The notes beneath the pieces are model-generated. The model searched no databases and was not told the origin of the DNA. It saw only the letters and a list, made by a program, of their open reading frames with translations. Made by a program: the position numbers and the translations under genes. A stretch of 64,000 bases of DNA, taken from positions 1,287 to 65,286 of the forward strand of contig JBALXR010000002.1 in the NCBI GenBank assembly GCA_036960525.1, written 5' to 3'. Shown here piece by piece: positions 9,564 through 17,891 of the stretch. This DNA comes from Marinobacter sp. GTDB lineage: Bacteria; Pseudomonadota; Gammaproteobacteria; Pseudomonadales; Oleiphilaceae. How positions within the stretch are numbered: position 1 is the first letter of the stretch; every line of letters begins with the position of its first letter.

Positions 9564-9578
9564 ATAGCGACGCCTATT

Positions 9579-11126
9579 ATGTTTGATTTCAGTGATATTT
9601 CCAGCGCATACAACATATTAACGGCCAATCCATCCGCTTGGCTGATGCTGCTCCCAGGGCTTATCATTGGTCTGGTATTTGGGGCGCTGCCCGGCATTTC
9701 CATCACCATGGCGATGGCTCTGTTTCTGCCCATGACTATGTATATGGACTTCCTTCCTGCCATTATCTTCCTGACAGCCATTTATACCGGGGCCGGCTTC
9801 GGCGGTTCGGTCCCGGCTATCCTCATGCGTATTCCCGGGACCTCGTCGGCAGTGGCAACTACCTTTGACGGTTACCCCATGGCGCAGCAGGGGCGGCACA
9901 ATGAAGCACTGGGCGTAGCCCTCGGGGCCTCCACCACAGGCGCCATGCTTGCCTACATCATGTTGTTCATCCTCATTGCGCCCATTGCCAAAGTGGTTCT
10001 AAAAATGGGCCCCCTGGAAATGTTTGCTATCGCCATCTGGGGCATGCTGCTGCTTGGTTCCCTGGCCGGTAAATACGTCACCCGGGGATTGCTGGCAGGC
10101 GCTTTTGGCCTGTTGATGGGCACCATTGGTATGAATACTGCCGGTTATATTCGCGGAACCATGGGTGTGCCTTTCCTATTTGACGGCGTGCCAGTGATTC
10201 CCGCCATGATGGGCCTTCTGGCAGCCAGCCAACTATTTAACCTGGTGAATTCCGGCTTCTTGGTCGAGGAGGAGGAAAACCGAAAAATGAACTTCCGCAC
10301 CATTGTGCGCGGGGTGCGCCAGTCCTGGGAGTCACCCCTAGTGATTCTGAGGGGCTCGGCAATTGGCGCTTTTATCGGTGCTATTCCAGGGGTGGGTTCG
10401 TCGATCTCCAACCTGCTCTCGTACTCTGAAACACGCCGCAACGACGCTGACCCGGATAGCTTTGGCAAAGGCAACCCCAAGGGGGTTGTTGGTGCTGAAT
10501 CCGCCAACAGCAGCTCCGAAGGAGGCGCAATGGCCACCATGCTGGCGCTGGGTATTCCCGGCGGCGGGGCAACCGCCATTCTGCTAGCGGCCTTTGCCAC
10601 GCACAACGTGGTTGGAGGCCCCCAGTTTATTGAACAGCATACCGATATGGTCTATGCCATCATCATCCTGAATCTGCTACAGGCCGCCTTGCTGCTGGTG
10701 GTGGGTCTGGGCTTTGTGTTTGTGGCGAGCTCCATCGTGCGGGTACCACTGCGTTACTTGATTCCATCAGTGTTGGTGGTAGCCGCCTTCGGCGCCTACT
10801 CAGTGACCAACAGCATGGCTGGTCCTATGACCCTATTCGTATTCTCCATCTTCGGCTGGGCCTTGGCGCGCTATGAATACCCTGTGGCTGCGGTAGTCGT
10901 CGGCCTGCTATTGGGTGGTCTTGTCGAGACGCAGTTGCTGCGCAGTTATCAAGTCAGTGGTGGCGAGCTTTCCTACATAACAGAACGTCCGGGTGCCATC
11001 TTGATTATTGCGATTATGATCCTGTCCATGGGCATCACAGCCTGGACCAAAAAGAAGAATGCCCGCAAGAAATTGGACGCCTTGGCTCGCCAGTCCAACT
11101 TCGATGAGCAAGGCGCCCTGCACTGA
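9579..11126 (+). CDS. tctA: Tripartite tricarboxylate transporter large membrane subunit TctA
   Basis: Motifs GALPGIS, FGGSVPAILMRIPGTSS, TTFDGYPMAQQGR, GAIPGVG, AESANSS and LGIPG. Confidence 0.95.
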   Translation: MFDFSDISSAYNILTANPSAWLMLLPGLIIGLVFGALPGISITMAMALFLPMTMYMDFLPAIIFLTAIYTGAGFGGSVPAILMRIPGTSSAVATTFDGYPMAQQGRHNEALGVALGASTTGAMLAYIMLFILIAPIAKVVLKMGPLEMFAIAIWGMLLLGSLAGKYVTRGLLAGAFGLLMGTIGMNTAGYIRGTMGVPFLFDGVPVIPAMMGLLAASQLFNLVNSGFLVEEEENRKMNFRTIVRGVRQSWESPLVILRGSAIGAFIGAIPGVGSSISNLLSYSETRRNDADPDSFGKGNPKGVVGAESANSSSEGGAMATMLALGIPGGGATAILLAAFATHNVVGGPQFIEQHTDMVYAIIILNLLQAALLLVVGLGFVFVASSIVRVPLRYLIPSVLVVAAFGAYSVTNSMAGPMTLFVFSIFGWALARYEYPVAAVVVGLLLGGLVETQLLRSYQVSGGELSYITERPGAILIIAIMILSMGITAWTKKKNARKKLDALARQSNFDEQGALH

Positions 11127-11212
11127 TTTAGCTTGCCCAGCCTCCTCACGGTAAGCTGCCCTTTGTGTCTTTAAAAAATCTCAGGGTGTCTTGCCGTATG
11201 GAGGTTTTGAGT

Positions 11213-12004
11213 TTACAGCAGACTACGGGCTATGCCGCCATCGACATTAATGGATTGACCGGTGATATAACTGGCCCTTGGCGATGCCAGGAAAACGATC
11301 ATGTTGGCCGATTCGACGGCCTGACCAAATCGTTTCATTGGAATCTCATGGGTAAATTCTTCAATAATCGTATCGCGGTCGACCCCACGCTCAGCGGAGA
11401 GTGCATCGGCTCTGGTGGTCCACAATGATGTCAGAGTGCGGCCCGGACAAACGGAATTAACGCGAATCTGCTGGTCAGCCAACTCCGCTGCCAAGGTTTT
11501 AACCAGGCTAAGCATACCGGCTTTATGAACATTTGAAACAATTTGATTCGGGTACGGCATGCGCGCGGCACCCGCACCCAAGGTGATGACGCGGCCATTA
11601 CCGGAGGCCTTGAGGCTGAGCTGCAAGGCTCTTATTATACGTACGGTGCCCAGCAGATTAAACTCATAGCTGGCCAGCCAGTCCGCGTCTGTCAGCTCCT
11701 CAAATTTGGCGCGGTGACTGCCCCCGACGGTGGTTACCAAAACATCTAGCGCTAACGTGAAGGTTCCCACCCAGGCAACCAACGTATCTACGTCATCTGC
11801 TTTGCGCAGGTCAGCCACATGCCATTCTACGGTTTTACCGGTAATTTTCTGTAGTTGCGCAGAGGCCTGAGTCAATTTTTCGGCACTGCGTGAGGCAATC
11901 AGCACCCGTGCACCTTCTTCAAGAAACAGTCGTGCAGTTTCGAAGCCAATGCCCTCACTGGCGCCGGCCACAAGGACGGTCTGTCCTTTCAGTTGCAAAT
12001 CCAT
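11213..12004 (-). CDS. Atypical SDR oxidoreductase
   Basis: GASEGIG, IRVNSVCPG, IPMKRFG and ASYITGQSINVDGG. YxxxK is replaced by SNVHK. Confidence 0.88.
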   Translation of the reverse strand: MDLQLKGQTVLVAGASEGIGFETARLFLEEGARVLIASRSAEKLTQASAQLQKITGKTVEWHVADLRKADDVDTLVAWVGTFTLALDVLVTTVGGSHRAKFEELTDADWLASYEFNLLGTVRIIRALQLSLKASGNGRVITLGAGAARMPYPNQIVSNVHKAGMLSLVKTLAAELADQQIRVNSVCPGRTLTSLWTTRADALSAERGVDRDTIIEEFTHEIPMKRFGQAVESANMIVFLASPRASYITGQSINVDGGIARSLL

Positions 12005-12033
12005 AGTCGTATCCTTTTCAACTACATGAGCAT

Positions 12034-12066
12034 AAAAAAACCCCTTTAAGCAATGACAAAAAGGGG
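12034..12066 (-). terminator. Possible terminator/attenuator after the second MmgE/PrpD gene
   Basis: Minus strand reads CCCCTTT...AAAGGGG followed by T7. Confidence 0.5.
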
Positions 12067-12088
12067 CTGCAAAATCACCTCAACGGCG

Positions 12089-13507
12089 TTAGTGAGTTGG
12101 AGTTTCGATTTGACTGAGCGTCTCGACAATTGCGTCGATGTTGTCTAATTCAGTGATATTCCAGACGCTGTCGATGATAGTTTTTTGCCGTTCAGCCGAC
12201 ACCGCGTCGCCACAACAGACCCGGAATTTATGTTCCACTTCATGATCCTGCATAGGCTTTGCTGGACCGCCACGGTAACGCTTGTCGGCTTCCTTATGCA
12301 GGGTGCGGCCATCCAGCGTGTCCAGTTCAATGCGTGACCGAATCCACTCAAAGCCCTGGGCTTCAATCTTGGGATCACGGATGGTCTCGATCCGGCGTTG
12401 CATGGTTTGCATCGCTTCACCACCGACAAACTCATCAGTGAACTCTGCCGGTCCTGCCTGACGGCGCAGAATGATCATGGCCAACAACCCGGCCATGGAA
12501 AACTTGGCTTGTAAATGATTCTTGGCGATGGGATAGCGAATTGGATCAAGGATATTCGAACCAGCGTAGAAGCGAATGTGTTTCACGTCTTCCGGTTTTA
12601 CGTCATGTTCGGTCACGAGCTCCAGCAACGCATCCATTGACTGGTGGGTCAGAATACCGGATGGATAAGGCTTGATGCTGACCCCGGGCGACACAATGGT
12701 CAGCGGATTGGCCAGGCCTTCAGCCGCTTTCTCCGGTGAGAAGCCACCACCCAGAACCTGCAAGAAACCCCAGGGACCATCCAACACTGTCGGATCTGCA
12801 GTAAAACCACGCTGGGCCAGCAGGGCCGCAGTGATGCCGTTCTCAGCTGCACGACCGACATGGAGCGGCTTGGTCATGGTGCCGAAATTACATCGAATGC
12901 CGGCGGCGAAGCTACCGGCAATGCCAAGGGCCCGAGCCAGTTCCTCGCCTTTCAGGCCTAAAAGTTTAGCAGCCGTCGCACAGGCTCCAAATGTTCCTAC
13001 TGTGCCGCTGGTATGGTGGCCACGACGATAGTGGCCAGGCAGCATCCACTCAGAAATCTTGCACTCCACTTCAAAACCGACCTGGAAGGCCAGCATCAGG
13101 TCTTTGCCGGACACATTGCCCAGGCGCTGGCCGATGGTCAGGGCTGCGGTCAATGGCGGTACCGAGGGATGGGTCAACAACCCGTAGACGTGCGCCGGAT
13201 CATGGCTAACCTGAGTGTCGTCCCAGTCGTGCGCGTGACCAGCAGTCGCCAGGACACGGGCGGCCATGGGCGCGGGCACCTTTTTGCCGCCGCCGGCGAG
13301 GAGTACGGCATCTTCACGGCCGCCGGTATCCTCGGCTTCGTCGATCAGAATCTGTACGGAATGCTCAGTTGTGCCGGCAATGTACAACCCGATGGTGTCG
13401 AGCATACAGCGTTTGCCAATCTGTATGGATTCATCCGGCAGGTCCGAAAACTGGGCCGATTCGATGAAATCAATGATGTCTTGGGTAATGGTAGATTCAG
13501 TTGCCAT
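12089..13507 (-). CDS. MmgE/PrpD family protein (second paralogue)
   Basis: Motifs HAHDWDD, THPS, HYRRGHH, NFGTMTKPLHVG, SIKPYPS, QAKFS and RGGPAKPM. Likely start is MATES at 13507. Confidence 0.9.
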   Translation of the reverse strand: MATESTITQDIIDFIESAQFSDLPDESIQIGKRCMLDTIGLYIAGTTEHSVQILIDEAEDTGGREDAVLLAGGGKKVPAPMAARVLATAGHAHDWDDTQVSHDPAHVYGLLTHPSVPPLTAALTIGQRLGNVSGKDLMLAFQVGFEVECKISEWMLPGHYRRGHHTSGTVGTFGACATAAKLLGLKGEELARALGIAGSFAAGIRCNFGTMTKPLHVGRAAENGITAALLAQRGFTADPTVLDGPWGFLQVLGGGFSPEKAAEGLANPLTIVSPGVSIKPYPSGILTHQSMDALLELVTEHDVKPEDVKHIRFYAGSNILDPIRYPIAKNHLQAKFSMAGLLAMIILRRQAGPAEFTDEFVGGEAMQTMQRRIETIRDPKIEAQGFEWIRSRIELDTLDGRTLHKEADKRYRGGPAKPMQDHEVEHKFRVCCGDAVSAERQKTIIDSVWNITELDNIDAIVETLSQIETPTH

Positions 13508-13589
13508 AATATTATGATTCTCTAATAGTAGATTAAAACCGCCAACGTCTATGTAACATCGACAGCAAATGTTCAGTTTGGGGCCAGGA

Positions 13590-14666
13590 TTAGGCTGCCT
13601 GAATCCGGGCAGCAACGGCTTTGCCAACGGTTTTAGTGCTGGCATTACCACCCATGTCCGGCGTCATCACCTGATCTTCTTCGTAAACCGCAAACATCGA
13701 CCGTCGCATCAGGTCGGCGGCTTTCAGCAGCCTTTCATCACCATGGCGCAGGCCCATCCATTCAAGGAGCATCGCACCCGAAATAATCATGGCGAACGGA
13801 TTGGCGATCTGCTTGCCGGAAATATCCGGTGCCGAGCCGTGGGTGGCTTGCGCCATGGCGTAGTTATCGCCGGAAGATAAACCGGGTGCCAGGCCCAGGC
13901 CACCTACGAGTCCTGCCGTCAGATCGGACAAGATGTCACCGAACATATTGGTGGTAACAACCACGTCAAAGTCTTCGGGCCTCATAACCACACGCATAGC
14001 AAAGGTGTCGACGATGCATTCATTGTATTCAACATCGGGATATTCGCTGGCTACCTTGCGGCATTCTTCGGCAAACATGCCACATCCCAGTTTGAACACG
14101 GTATCTTTATGTACCGCCGTGACCTTGTTGTTGCGCTGGCGGGCCAATTCGAATGCGGTAATGGCAACAGCTCGGGAATTTTTTCGGGTAATAACCCGGA
14201 CTGAAATGGTGGTATCGTGGGTTGGGCGAAATTCCCCACAGCCGGCCACGACATTGCGGTCAGGCTGAAAGCCTTCAGTATTCTCACGGATGATCACCAG
14301 GTCGGCCTGCGGGTGAATGGCCGGCATGCCCTTTAGGGCGCGTGCCGGTCGGGTATTGGAGTGCAGTTCAAAATGCTTGCGCAGTATCGGATGCGGGTTA
14401 ATCGCTTTAGGGTCATCTTTGGGGTATTCCCGGTGGCCGATAGGTCCCAGAACCCAGCCATCCAGTGCGCCCAGAAGTTCCAGGGTATCCGCTGGCATGG
14501 TGGTGCCCAGACTGTCGTAGGCGGGACGACCGATGGGAATATCCACCCAGTTCACGGCAAGGCCGGTCTTGTATATGGCGGCTCTCATTGCACGGACGGC
14601 TTCCGGAACAATTTCAAGACCAATGTCATCACCATTTAATACGCCAATATCATAATGTTCTTTCAT
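13590..14666 (-). CDS. Isocitrate/isopropylmalate/tartrate dehydrogenase family beta-decarboxylating dehydrogenase, substrate unknown
   Basis: Motifs GDDIGLEIV, RENTEG, VTAVHK, NMFGDILSD, HGSAPDISGKQIANP and TPDMGG. Confidence 0.92.
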   Translation of the reverse strand: MKEHYDIGVLNGDDIGLEIVPEAVRAMRAAIYKTGLAVNWVDIPIGRPAYDSLGTTMPADTLELLGALDGWVLGPIGHREYPKDDPKAINPHPILRKHFELHSNTRPARALKGMPAIHPQADLVIIRENTEGFQPDRNVVAGCGEFRPTHDTTISVRVITRKNSRAVAITAFELARQRNNKVTAVHKDTVFKLGCGMFAEECRKVASEYPDVEYNECIVDTFAMRVVMRPEDFDVVVTTNMFGDILSDLTAGLVGGLGLAPGLSSGDNYAMAQATHGSAPDISGKQIANPFAMIISGAMLLEWMGLRHGDERLLKAADLMRRSMFAVYEEDQVMTPDMGGNASTKTVGKAVAARIQAA

Positions 14667-14740
14667 TATTATCTGACCTCTGATGTCACGACAAACACCA
14701 CCAATGCCACAGCCTTGGGGCGGCGATTCATTATTTTAAA

Positions 14741-14764
14741 TTGTCGACAGTTGACACTATAGCA
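14741..14764 (-). promoter_or_regulatory. GntR operator (TTGTCGACAGTTGACAC, 14741-14757) overlapping an extended -10 (TGcTATAGT, minus strand 14764-14756)
   Basis: Palindrome matches the island motif. An extended -10 is seen on the minus strand upstream of the dehydrogenase. Confidence 0.7.
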
Positions 14765-14880
14765 TCGAAGGCAGTAAATCTCGACTGCTTAAGTCGGCTT
14801 TTTTGTGCGCTAATAAACACCATTTCTGGAGGAAAAATGGAGCGTAGAGGTTCGGGGGAAGGAGGTGGGTATGGGTGGGT

Positions 14881-14902
14881 GCACAGGCACGAATGCCTGT
14901 GC
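14881..14902. terminator. Inverted repeat just downstream of fumarase
   Basis: GCACAGGCA-cgaa-TGCCTGTGC, with no clear U tract. Confidence 0.5.
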
Positions 14903-14908
14903 TAACGA

Positions 14909-16456
14909 TTATCGACTGACTTGTACCTCGACCGATACCGCTTCAATGCGTTTTTTCCATTCCCGAGGGCCGCTCTCGTGCACAGAGTCGCCACGGCTGT
15001 CTACCGCCACGGTCACTGGCATGTCTTCCACAATGAACTCGTGAATCGCTTCCATGCCAAGGTCTTCAAAGGCGATCTTGCGTGACTGGCGAATGGCTTT
15101 GGACACCAGGTAGGCAGCTCCTCCCACTGCAATCAGGTACGCTGCCTTGTGCTTGCGGATGGACTCCACCGCCACCGGGCCACGCTCGGCTTTGCCAATC
15201 ATACCGGCCAGACCAACCTCGCTCAGCATCATGTCACTGAACTTGTCCATTCGCGTTGATGTCGTGGGGCCGGCCGGGCCAACGGCCTCGTCCCGCACCG
15301 CATCAACCGGGCCAACGTAGTAGATGAATTTATTACGCAGGTTTACCGGCAGTTCTTCGCCATTCGCCAGCATGGTCTGGATGCGTTTATGAGCAGCGTC
15401 GCGGCCCGTATAGATGGAGCCCGAGACCATTAGAGTGTCCCCGGAACGCCAGCTCTGCACTTCTTCGGAAGTAATATTGTCCAGATTGACCCGTTTGACA
15501 CTATCACTGGCCCCCCAGGTAACCTCGGGCCACTGGTCCAGAGTAGGAGCATCCAGTTCTGCCACGCCGCTGCCGTCCAGAGTGAAATGCACGTGCCGGG
15601 TGGCGGCGCAATTGGGAATAATAGCCACGGCTTTATTGACGGCATGGGTGGGAAAATCCCGGATCTTGACATCCAGCACTGTAGTAAGGCCACCCAGACC
15701 CTGAGCGCCGATGCCCAGTCGATTCACCTTGTCGAATAGCTCCAGGCGAAGCTTCTCGGTGGTGCTTTCCGCACCCTTTGCTTTCAGGTCGTGGATATCG
15801 ATAGTCTCCATGCAGGCTTCTTTAGCTAGGCGCATGGCCTTGTCCGCCGTGCCACCGATACCAATCCCCAGGATTCCGGGTGGGCACCAGCCTGCACCCA
15901 TCTTTGGTACCTGCTCTAGTACCCATTCAACAACGTCATCGGATGGGTTCAGCATGGCGAAGCGTGACTTCGCTTCCGATCCACCCCCCTTGGCCGCTAG
16001 GGTAATCTCTACCGTATCGCCGGGTACGGAATTAAAATACACCACCGCCGGGGTATTATCCCCGGTGTTTTTCCGGGCTCCGGCCGGGTCGCTGAGTATG
16101 GACGCGCGCAGAGGATTATCGAGGTCCATATAAGCCTGCCGTACGCCTTCGTTGACCATGTCTTCCACACCCATGGTAGTGCTGGGGTGCCACTGAACGT
16201 TCATACCAATGGTAACGAACACAGTAACAATACCGGTATCCTGGCACAGGGGGCGCTTGCCTTCTGCGGCCATGCGGGAGTTTACCAGTATCTGCGCCAT
16301 GGCGTCTTTCGCCGCCGGGTTCTCTTCACGCTCGTAAGCGTCATTAAGGGCGGTAATAAAGTCCATGGGGTGATAGTAAGAAATAAACTGCAGCGCGTTA
16401 GCCACGCTCTGGATGAGATCATCCTGTTTGATGATAGTCATAGTCTGAATGTTCAT
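14909..16456 (-). CDS. fumA: Class I (Fe-S) fumarate hydratase
   Basis: Motifs ISYYHP, RPLCQDTG, AKGGGSE, GAGWCPP, PNCAATRH, GRDAAHKR and AGPTTSTRMD. Confidence 0.93.
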   Translation of the reverse strand: MNIQTMTIIKQDDLIQSVANALQFISYYHPMDFITALNDAYEREENPAAKDAMAQILVNSRMAAEGKRPLCQDTGIVTVFVTIGMNVQWHPSTTMGVEDMVNEGVRQAYMDLDNPLRASILSDPAGARKNTGDNTPAVVYFNSVPGDTVEITLAAKGGGSEAKSRFAMLNPSDDVVEWVLEQVPKMGAGWCPPGILGIGIGGTADKAMRLAKEACMETIDIHDLKAKGAESTTEKLRLELFDKVNRLGIGAQGLGGLTTVLDVKIRDFPTHAVNKAVAIIPNCAATRHVHFTLDGSGVAELDAPTLDQWPEVTWGASDSVKRVNLDNITSEEVQSWRSGDTLMVSGSIYTGRDAAHKRIQTMLANGEELPVNLRNKFIYYVGPVDAVRDEAVGPAGPTTSTRMDKFSDMMLSEVGLAGMIGKAERGPVAVESIRKHKAAYLIAVGGAAYLVSKAIRQSRKIAFEDLGMEAIHEFIVEDMPVTVAVDSRGDSVHESGPREWKKRIEAVSVEVQVSR

Positions 16457-16541
16457 ACCTCTTATTAGTCCGGGGGATGGACGAGGTGCCTATGGTAGCG
16501 AGAACGACCGCCGATCAAAAGTAATGAGCGGCGGCTTGGCT

Positions 16542-17328
16542 TCAACCAGCTTGCCAGATACTGGCTACCAGCGCGTCGCCGCACTGTGCTGTGCTTGCAG
16601 TGCCTCCCATGTCGCCGGCGCGAGTAGCAGGATTCTCAATAACATCTTCAATGGCCGCAATTATGGCATTTGAAGCGTTCTTCTGGCCTAGATGTTCCAG
16701 CATCATAGCACCCGACCAGACCTGACCATCGGGTTGGCAATGTCTGGCGCCAAGCCGTGTACGGGTTAATGTTGGCCGACGTGAGGTGCTTCTTGGGCCG
16801 GGGCTGCGCCAACTCAACCGCATATTTCATAATGCCGTCGACACCGTGGCGAGTGAACACAGATTCTTGCACGACTATTTCGTTCTCGGTGCTTCGATAA
16901 AGTACTCCACCAATTTCAAAATACTCGCACTCAACGTTTTCTCGCACTATGTAGAAATCGATGTCTGTAGAAGTCTGGCCCGCTAGTGGACTGGTGATGC
17001 CCTTAAGTAACCGAACCGGCCGGAGGTTCACATACTGCTGAAGGTCTCGGCGGATCGGAATCAACAAACCCCACAAAGAAACATGATCCGGCACTCCGGG
17101 GAATCCAACCGCTCCCAGATAAATCGCGTCGTGACCCTTGATGTTGTCAAGAGCGCCTGCGAACATCATTGAGCCAGCCCTGGCGTAATGCTCGCAACTC
17201 CAATCTTTATAGTCCTACTCAAATTCGAGGCCAAGACGTTTGCCTACGGCATTCAGTACCTTGATGCCTTCGGGAACAACTTCTTTGCCAATAACGCCAC
17301 TCGGATTGGTTGCGATTGCGTATTTCAC
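16542..17328 (-). pseudogene. dmlA: Degraded D-malate/tartrate dehydrogenase (decarboxylating)
   Basis: Fragments IGKEVVPEGIKVL, DAIYLGAVG.P.VPDHVSLWG, QYVNLRPVRL, VQESVFTR and WSGAMMLEHLG. It has an in-frame TAG at 17215-17217, a large deletion near 16775 and frameshifts near 16765 and 16728. Confidence 0.9.
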
Positions 17329-17393
17329 AATAAGCCACCTGTCATTAGGTACCAAATAGAATGGAATTAGAGTTTTAAATCTGACCCAAAATA

Positions 17394-17410
17394 TTGTCGA
17401 CTATTTACAA
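17394..17410. promoter_or_regulatory. Putative GntR operator (TTGTCGACTATTTACAA)
   Basis: Island motif upstream of the dmlA pseudogene. Confidence 0.65.
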
Positions 17411-17634
17411 TCCAGCCAACTACCACTGCTTAGAAGTCAATAGCCATCGCAATGCTGTGCGCTAACGAAAACCTCGCTCGATAAGAATTAGTGCCTAAAG
17501 TTTTTTCGGACAGTCAACCCGTGGATTCGTTAACTAAGGTGCCGCCGATGAGTTAGGCAGACGTTGTTGAACCCAAACGATCGCTCCGCAAAAGTCGACT
17601 TATGCCGTCGCGATTTACGATTTACAATGCTACA

Positions 17635-17665
17635 CTGAAAAAAGTTGACAATTTACAGTTGGCAA
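17635..17665. promoter_or_regulatory. Tandem degenerate GntR operators upstream of the porin
   Basis: CTGAAAAAAGTTGACAA (17635-17651) and CAATTTACAGTTGGCAA (17649-17665). The reverse complement of the latter starts TTGCCAACTGT, as at 7793. Confidence 0.55.
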
Positions 17666-17891
17666 TTAGTAATTATTGACTTCGATAGACGGAGTCACCC
17701 GCAACCTGAAAGGTTGAATAAGGATATACACCCCCACGAAAGTGGCTAGGGCGCTCGGGACCAGAAAAAAGCCAGTCAAATGCTGCATTAAGGGTATTTG
17801 GAAGCCGGTAAACACTCTCGGAATGAGTCGGGAAACTGGATTAATTCCAGCAATGAGACCAACAAAAACAATCAATAGTGGGTTAATATAA

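Noticed and set aside
5511-13507. Calling the MmgE/PrpD genes prpD (methylcitrate cycle)
   Set aside because: The motifs match the non-PrpD branch, there is no prpB/prpC/acnD, and the synthase relic resembles GltA rather than PrpC.
13546-13567. Possible operator upstream of the second MmgE/PrpD gene
   Set aside because: Only a weak half-site with wrong spacing. The gene is probably co-transcribed with the dehydrogenase.
17666-17875. 69-aa minus-strand ORF
   Set aside because: No recognisable motif, and it occupies the porin promoter/leader.
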